Positions 57,784 to 64,000 of a DNA stretch of 64,000 bases are shown piece after piece; position 1 is the first letter of the stretch; every line of letters starts with the position of its first letter. A model generated the notes under the pieces. That model saw only the letters and a program-made list of their open reading frames with translations, searched no databases and had not been told where the DNA came from. Origin of the DNA: Malacoraja senta (Eukaryota); contig CM075981.1 of assembly GCA_038087875.1 (NCBI GenBank), forward strand, positions 930,001 to 994,000. The letters run 5' to 3'. Both the position numbers and the translations under genes were made by a program.

Positions 57784-60338
57784 AATCTACTGGCCCCGCC
57801 GACCCCGACTCCACTGCCCGAGGACTCGTACCGTCGGGTCCGCCGACCCTCGCCACTGAGCCTCCCTCCAGCAGCCCGCAGCCGTCGCCTCACCTGCAGA
57901 CTGGTCTGTGTACTGGGCCTGAAGCCTCCACGCTGCTCACTCCCACTCTCCTGGGTTTGACTCCACTGGGTCCTAGCGCTAGTCTGCCTATACCTCAGTG
58001 TTAGTTCCACTGATACTTCCCCATCCTTCTCCAACTATGGGACCCCTTCTCTTCCCCACCCACACTACAGCCCTCTCACCCCCCCCACCCCCTCACCACC
58101 CACCACCCCCCCCACCACCCCCCCACCACACATCGCCTCGTCCCCATTCCACCCACCTGCCTTCCTCCGGCCCCAACCCTCATCCCTGCCGGGTGTTCAC
58201 CATCCCCCCCGACCTCCCCCTCTCCGACATCGAACGGTCCGTCCACAGCAGAGGTCTTACCTTTGTCCCCCTCCGTCCCCACCTCAATGAGTTCCGCGCC
58301 CTCCATGACTTGGAACGCTTCTACCGTCGCCTTCGCCTCACAGCGCACTTCCATGGGAAGGAGTCCTCGCCCCCCCACTGATGACCCCTTTTCCTGGCTC
58401 CAACACACCCCCTCCTCGTGGAACCCCCCTCGTAGCCTTCCGGCTTTAGAACTCTTCATCAAAAACTGCCGCAGTGACATCAACCGCCTCAACTTCTCCA
58501 CTCCCCGTCTCACTCCAATCTCTCCCCCCTGAACGCACTGCCATCGACTCACTCCGCAACAACCTAGATTGGGTTATCAAACCCGCCGACAAGGGAGGTG
58601 TCGTGGTAGTCTGGCGCGTCGATCTCTACAAAGCTGAGGCCACGCGCCAACTCTCGGACACCTCCTCCTACATACCCCTGGACCATGACCCCACTGACGA
58701 GCACCAGGCCACCATCTCCAGCACCATCACCGACTTCATCCACTCCCACGCCCTGCCCGACCGAGCCTCCAACCTCATCGTTCACCAGCCCCGCAAGGCC
58801 CGATTTTACCTTCTCCCCAAAATCCACAAACCTGACTGTCCCGGTAGACCCATTGTCTCTGCCTATTCGTGCCCCACCGAACTCATCTCCGCCTACCTCG
58901 ACTCCATCCTATCCCCCTTGGTTAAATCCCTCCCTACCTATGTTCAAGACACCTCTGACACTCTCCGTCATCTGCGCGCATTCCACTCTCTAGGCCCTCA
59001 CCCCCTCATCTTCACCATGGACGTCCAGTCATTGTACACCTCCATCCCCCACCAGGATGGTCTCGAAGCCCTCCGTTTTTTCCTCGACCGAAGAAGCAAC
59101 CTACACCCGGCCACTGACACCCTCCTCCCACTAGCGGAGCTGGTCCTTACCCTCAATAACTTCTCATTTGACTCCTCCCATTTCCTCCAAATACAAGGCG
59201 TAGCTATGGGCACACGAATGGGCCCCAGTACGCCTGCCTGTTTGTCGGGTACGTAGAACAATCCTTGTTCAATACGTACCAGGGCCCCATCCCCGACTTC
59301 TACCTCCGCTACACCGATGACTGTTTTGGTGCCACCTCCTGCACCCACACACAACTGACTGACTTCATCCGCTTCACCACCAACTTCCATCCGGCACTCA
59401 ATACACCTGGACCATTTCCGACACTTCCCTACCATTCCTTGACCTCACTATCTCCATCGCAGGTGATAGACATCATACCGACATCCACTACAAACCTACT
59501 GAATCCCATGGCTATCTGGACTACACTTCTTCCCCCCCTTGCTTCCTGTAAGGACTCCATCCCCCACTCTCAATTCCTCCGTCTACGCCGCATCTGCTCC
59601 CAGGATGAGGCGTTCCACACCAGGCATCCGAAATGTCCTCATTCTTCAGGAACGGGGGTTCCCTCCTCCACCATAGATGAGGCTCGCACCAGGGTCTCTG
59701 CCATACCCCGTACACTGCTCTCTCTCCCCATCCCCCCCACTCACAACAAGGGCAGGGTCCCCCTAGTCCTCACCTTTCATCCCACCAGCCGTCACATAAA
59801 ACAAGTGATCCTCCGTCAGTTTCGCCACCTCCAACGTGACCCCACCACTCGCCACATCTTCCCATCTCCCCATATGTCTGCCTTCCGCAAAGACCGCTCC
59901 CTCCGTAACTCCCTTGTCAATTCTTCCCTTCCATCCCTTCCCTCCCGTACCACCCCCTCCCCAGGTACTTTCCCTTGCAACCGCAAGAGATGCAACACTT
60001 GTCCCTTCACCTCCCCCCTCGATTCCATTCAAGGACTCAAGCAGTCGTTCCAGGTGCGACAGAGGTTCACCTGCATCTCCTCCAACCTCATCCATTGCAT
60101 CCGCTGCTCTAGATGTCAGCTGATCTACATCGGTGAGACCAAGCGGAGGCTTTGCGATCATTTCGCCGAACACCTCCGGTCGGTCCGCAATATCCTACCT
60201 GACCTCCCGGCTCAGAACTTCAACTCCCCCTCCCATTCCGTATCTGACCTCTCTGTCCTGGGTCTCCTCCATGGCCACAGCGAGCAACACCGCAAATTGG
60301 AGGAAATGCACCGCATATTCCGCTTGGGCAGTCTACAT
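57784..60338 (+). mobile_element. Penelope-like element in the unit 2 inverted arm, frameshifted
   Basis: ORFs 58474-59256 and 59265-60419. Confidence 0.93.
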
Positions 60339-63300
60339 AGATACATAGATAGATACATAGAAAATAGGTGCAGGAGTAGGCCATTCGGCCCTTCGAGCCT
60401 GCACCTCCATTCAATATGATCATGGCTGATCATCCAACTCAGTATCCCGTACCTGCCTTCTCTCCATACCCCCTGATCCCCTTAGCCACAAGGGCCACAT
60501 CTAACTCCCTCTTAAATATAGCCAATGAACTGGCCTCAACTACCCTCTGTGGCAGAGAGTTCCAGAGATTCACCACTCTCTGTGTGAAAATGTTTTTCCT
60601 CATCTCGGTCCTAAAGGATTTCCCCCTTATCCTTAAGCTGTGACCCCTTGTCCTGGTCTTCCCCAACATCGGGAACAATCTTCCTGCATCTAGCCTGTCC
60701 AACCCCATAAGAATTTTGTACGTTTCTATAAGATCCCCTCTCAATCTCCTAAATTCTAGCGAGTATAAGCCAAGTCTATCCAGTCTTTCTTCATATGAAA
60801 GTCCTGACATCCCAGGAATCAGTCTGGTGAACCTTCTCTGCACTCCCTCTATGGCTATAATGTCCTTCCTCTGATTTGGAGACCAAAACTGTATGCAATA
60901 CTCCAGGTGTGGTCTCACCAAGACCCTGTACAACTGCAGTAGAACCTCCCTGCTCCTATACTCAAATCCTCTTGCTATGAAGGCCAACATACCATTCGCT
61001 TTCTTCACTGCCTGCTGCACCTGCATGCCTACTTTCAATGACTGGTGTACCATGACACCCAGGTCTCGCTGCATCTCCCCATTTCCTAATCGGCCACCAT
61101 TTAGATAATAGTCTGCCTTCCCGTTTTTGCCACCAAAGTGGATAACCTCACATTTATCCACATTATACTGCATCTGCCAAACATTTGCCCACTCACCCAG
61201 CCTATCCAAGTCACCTTGCAGTCTCCTAGCATCCTCCTCACAGCTAACACTGCCCCCCAGCTTAGTGTCATCCGCAAACTTGGAGATGTTGCTTTCAATT
61301 CCCTCATCCAGTTCATTAATATAAATTGTAAATAGCTGGGGTCCCAGCACTGAGCCTTGCGGTACCCCACTAGTCACTGCCTGCCATTGTGAAAAGGACC
61401 CGTTTACTCCTACTCTTTGCTTCCTGTTTGCCAGCCAGTTCTCTATCCACATCAATACTGAACCCCCAATACCGTGTGATTTAAGTTTATATCCTAATCT
61501 CTTATGTGGTACCTTGTCGAAAGCCTTCTGAAAGTCCAGATACAACACATCCACTGGTTCTCCCCTATCCACTCTACTAGTTACATCCTCGAAAAATTCT
61601 ATAAGATTCGTCAGACACGATTTACCTTTCGTAAATCCATGCTGACTTTGTCCAATGATTTCACCACTTTCCAAATGTGCTGCTATCCCATCTTTAATAA
61701 CTGACTCTAGCAGTTTCCCCACTACCGATGTTAGACTAACTGGTCTGTAACTCCCCATTTTCTCTCTCCCTCCCTTCTTAAAAAGTGGGGTTACGTTTGC
61801 TACCCTCCAATCCTCAGGAACTACTCCAGAATCTAAGGAGTTTTGAAAAATTATCACTAATGCATCCACTATTTCTGGAGCTACTTCCTTAAGTACTCTG
61901 GGATGCAGCCTATCTGGCCCTGGTGATTTATCGGCCTTTAATCCATTCAATTTACCCAACACCACTTCCCGACTAACCTGGATTTCACTCAGTTCCTCCA
62001 TCTCCTTTGACCCGCGGCCACCTGCTATTTCCGGCAGATTATTTATGTCTTCCTTAGTGAAGACGGAACCAAAGTAGTTATTCAATTGGTCCACCATATC
62101 CTTGTTCCCCATGATCAATTCACCTGTTTCTGACTGCAAGGGACCTACATTTGTTTTAACTAATCTCTTTCTCTTCACATATCTATAAAAACTTTTGCAG
62201 TCAGTTTTTATGTTCCCTGCCAGTTTCCTTTCATAATCTATTTTCCCTTTCCTAATTAAGCCCTTTGTCCTCCTCTGCTGGTCTCTGAATTTTTCCCAGT
62301 CCTCTGGTATGCTGCTTTTTCTGGCTAATTTGTACGCATCATCTTTTGCTTTGATACTATCCCTGATTTCCCTTGTTATCCACGGATGCACTACCTTCCC
62401 TGATTTATTCTTTTGCCAAACTGGGATGAACAATTTTTGTAGTTCATCCATGCAGTCTTTAAATGCCTTCCATTGCATATCCACCATCAACCCTTTTAGA
62501 ACTAATTGCCAGTGAATCTTGGCCAATTCACGTCTCATACCCTCAAAGTTACCTTTCTTTAAGTTCAGAACCGTTGTTTCTGAATTAACAATGTCACTCT
62601 CCATCATAATGAAGAACTCAACCATATTATGGTCACTCTTGCCCAAGGGGGCACGCACAACAAGACTGCTAACGAACCCTTCCTCATTACTCAATACCCA
62701 GTCTAGAATAGCCTGCTCTCTCGTTGGTTCCTCTACATGTTGGTTTAGATAACTATCCTGCATACATTCCAAGAAATCCTCTTCCTCAGCACACCTGCCA
62801 ATTTGATTCACCCAATCTATATGTGGATTGAAGTCACCCATTATAACTGTTTTGCCTTTGTTGCACGCATTTCTAATTTCCTGTTTGATGCCATCCCCAA
62901 CTTCACTACTACTGCTAAGGTGGCCTGTATACAACACCTACCAGCGTTTTCTGCCCCTTAGTGTTTCGCAGCTCTACCCATACCGATTCGACATCCTCCA
63001 AGCTAATGTCCTTCCTTTCCACTGCGTTAATCTCTCTAACCAGCAACGCTACCCCACCTCCTTTTCCTTTCTCTCTATCCCTCCTGAATATTGAATATCC
63101 CTGGATGTTCAGCTCCCAGCCTTGGTCACCCTGGAGCCATGTCTCCGTGATCCCAACTATATCATAATCATTAATTGCTATCTGCACGTTCAACTCATCC
63201 ACCTTATTACGAATGCTCCTTGCATTCAGACACAAAGCCTTCAGGCTTGTTTTTACAACGCTCTTACCCCTTATACAATTATGTTGAAAAGTGGCTCTTT

Positions 63301-64000
63301 TTGATTTTTGCCCTGGATTTGTCTGCCTGCCACTTTTACTTTTCACCTTGCTACCTATTGCTTCCGCCCGCATTTTACACCCCTCTGTTTCTCTGCTCAC
63401 CCATTTAAGAACCCCACCACCTCTTATTCTCTGTTTATTAATGTTTTCTTCTTTCCCCCCTACATGTTGGGTCTGAGTGCTTTCCTTCTCTGCCTCCTGC
63501 CTCACACACTGTCTAATAGCATTCTCTATTTGAGTCCCTCTCCCCAACCATTCTACTTTAAAGACTCCCCAGTAGCCTTTGCAGATCTCCTCACCAGGAT
63601 ATCGGTCCCCCTCAGGTTCAAGTGCAACCCATCCTTTTTGTACAGGTCGAACCTTCCACAAAAGAGGTCCCAATGATCCAGAAATTTGAATCCCTGCCTT
63701 CTGCACCAGTCCTTCAGCCACGCATTTATCCTCCACCTCGCTCCTTTCCTACTCTCACTGTCGCGTGGCACAGGCAGTAATCCCGAGATTGTTACCTTTG
63801 CTGTCCTTCTCTTTAACTCCCCTCCTAACTCCCTAAATTCTCCTTTCAGGACCTCTTCTCTTTTTTTAACCTATGTCATTGGTACCTATATGTACCACGA
63901 CCTCGGGCTCCTCTCCCTGCCCTTTCAGGATATCTTGGACACGTTGAGACACATCACAGACCCTGGCACCAGGGAGGCAAACTACCATCCGGGTCTCCCG
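60339..64000 (-). mobile_element. CR1 LINE, unit 2 copy (5' end beyond the window)
   Basis: 832-aa ORF 60439-62937 plus the upstream endonuclease N-terminus in 62915-63736, separated by a single 1-nt frameshift near 62916. Confidence 0.95.

Larger units (their letters stand above)
56654..60338. repeat. Inverted repeat, right arm (unit 2)
   Basis: Reverse complement of 47551-51227, with the same junctions as unit 1. Confidence 0.95.
40769..64000. repeat. Tandem segmental duplication, unit 2 (runs off the window end)
   Basis: Colinear near-identical copy of 1-23417. Confidence 0.97.

Overview
Vertebrate genomic DNA, most likely from a cartilaginous fish (skate or ray). This is inferred from abundant HE1/V-SINE-type SINEs, CR1 LINEs with ATAG/TATG tails and Penelope-like elements; it is not prokaryotic. 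The window is part of an immune-receptor cluster with a tandem period of about 40.6 kb (1-23417 recurs at 40769-64000). Each unit carries a five-exon CD300/pIgR-like single Ig-V receptor gene on the + strand: leader, V, Ser/Thr-rich stalk, transmembrane exon with an Arg, and an 11-aa tail, which predicts an activating receptor. Each unit also has a 3.7-kb inverted duplication (Penelope element plus V exon plus downstream intron) that brackets the stalk, TM and tail exons and leaves a second, leaderless V exon on the - strand. The four V exons are a sequence mosaic consistent with gene conversion. Between the units lie CR1, L1/Tx1 and Rex1 elements, two paralogous 47-nt cytoplasmic exons and an ITIM-bearing terminal exon, with no V or TM exon of their own that I could find. 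They are phase-compatible with a candidate alternative donor in the activating gene's TM exon. Many short Penelope terminal-repeat elements carry minimal hammerhead ribozyme motifs, often as fold-backs with target-site duplications. All exon models were built by eye from splice signals and reading phase; repeat boundaries are approximate.
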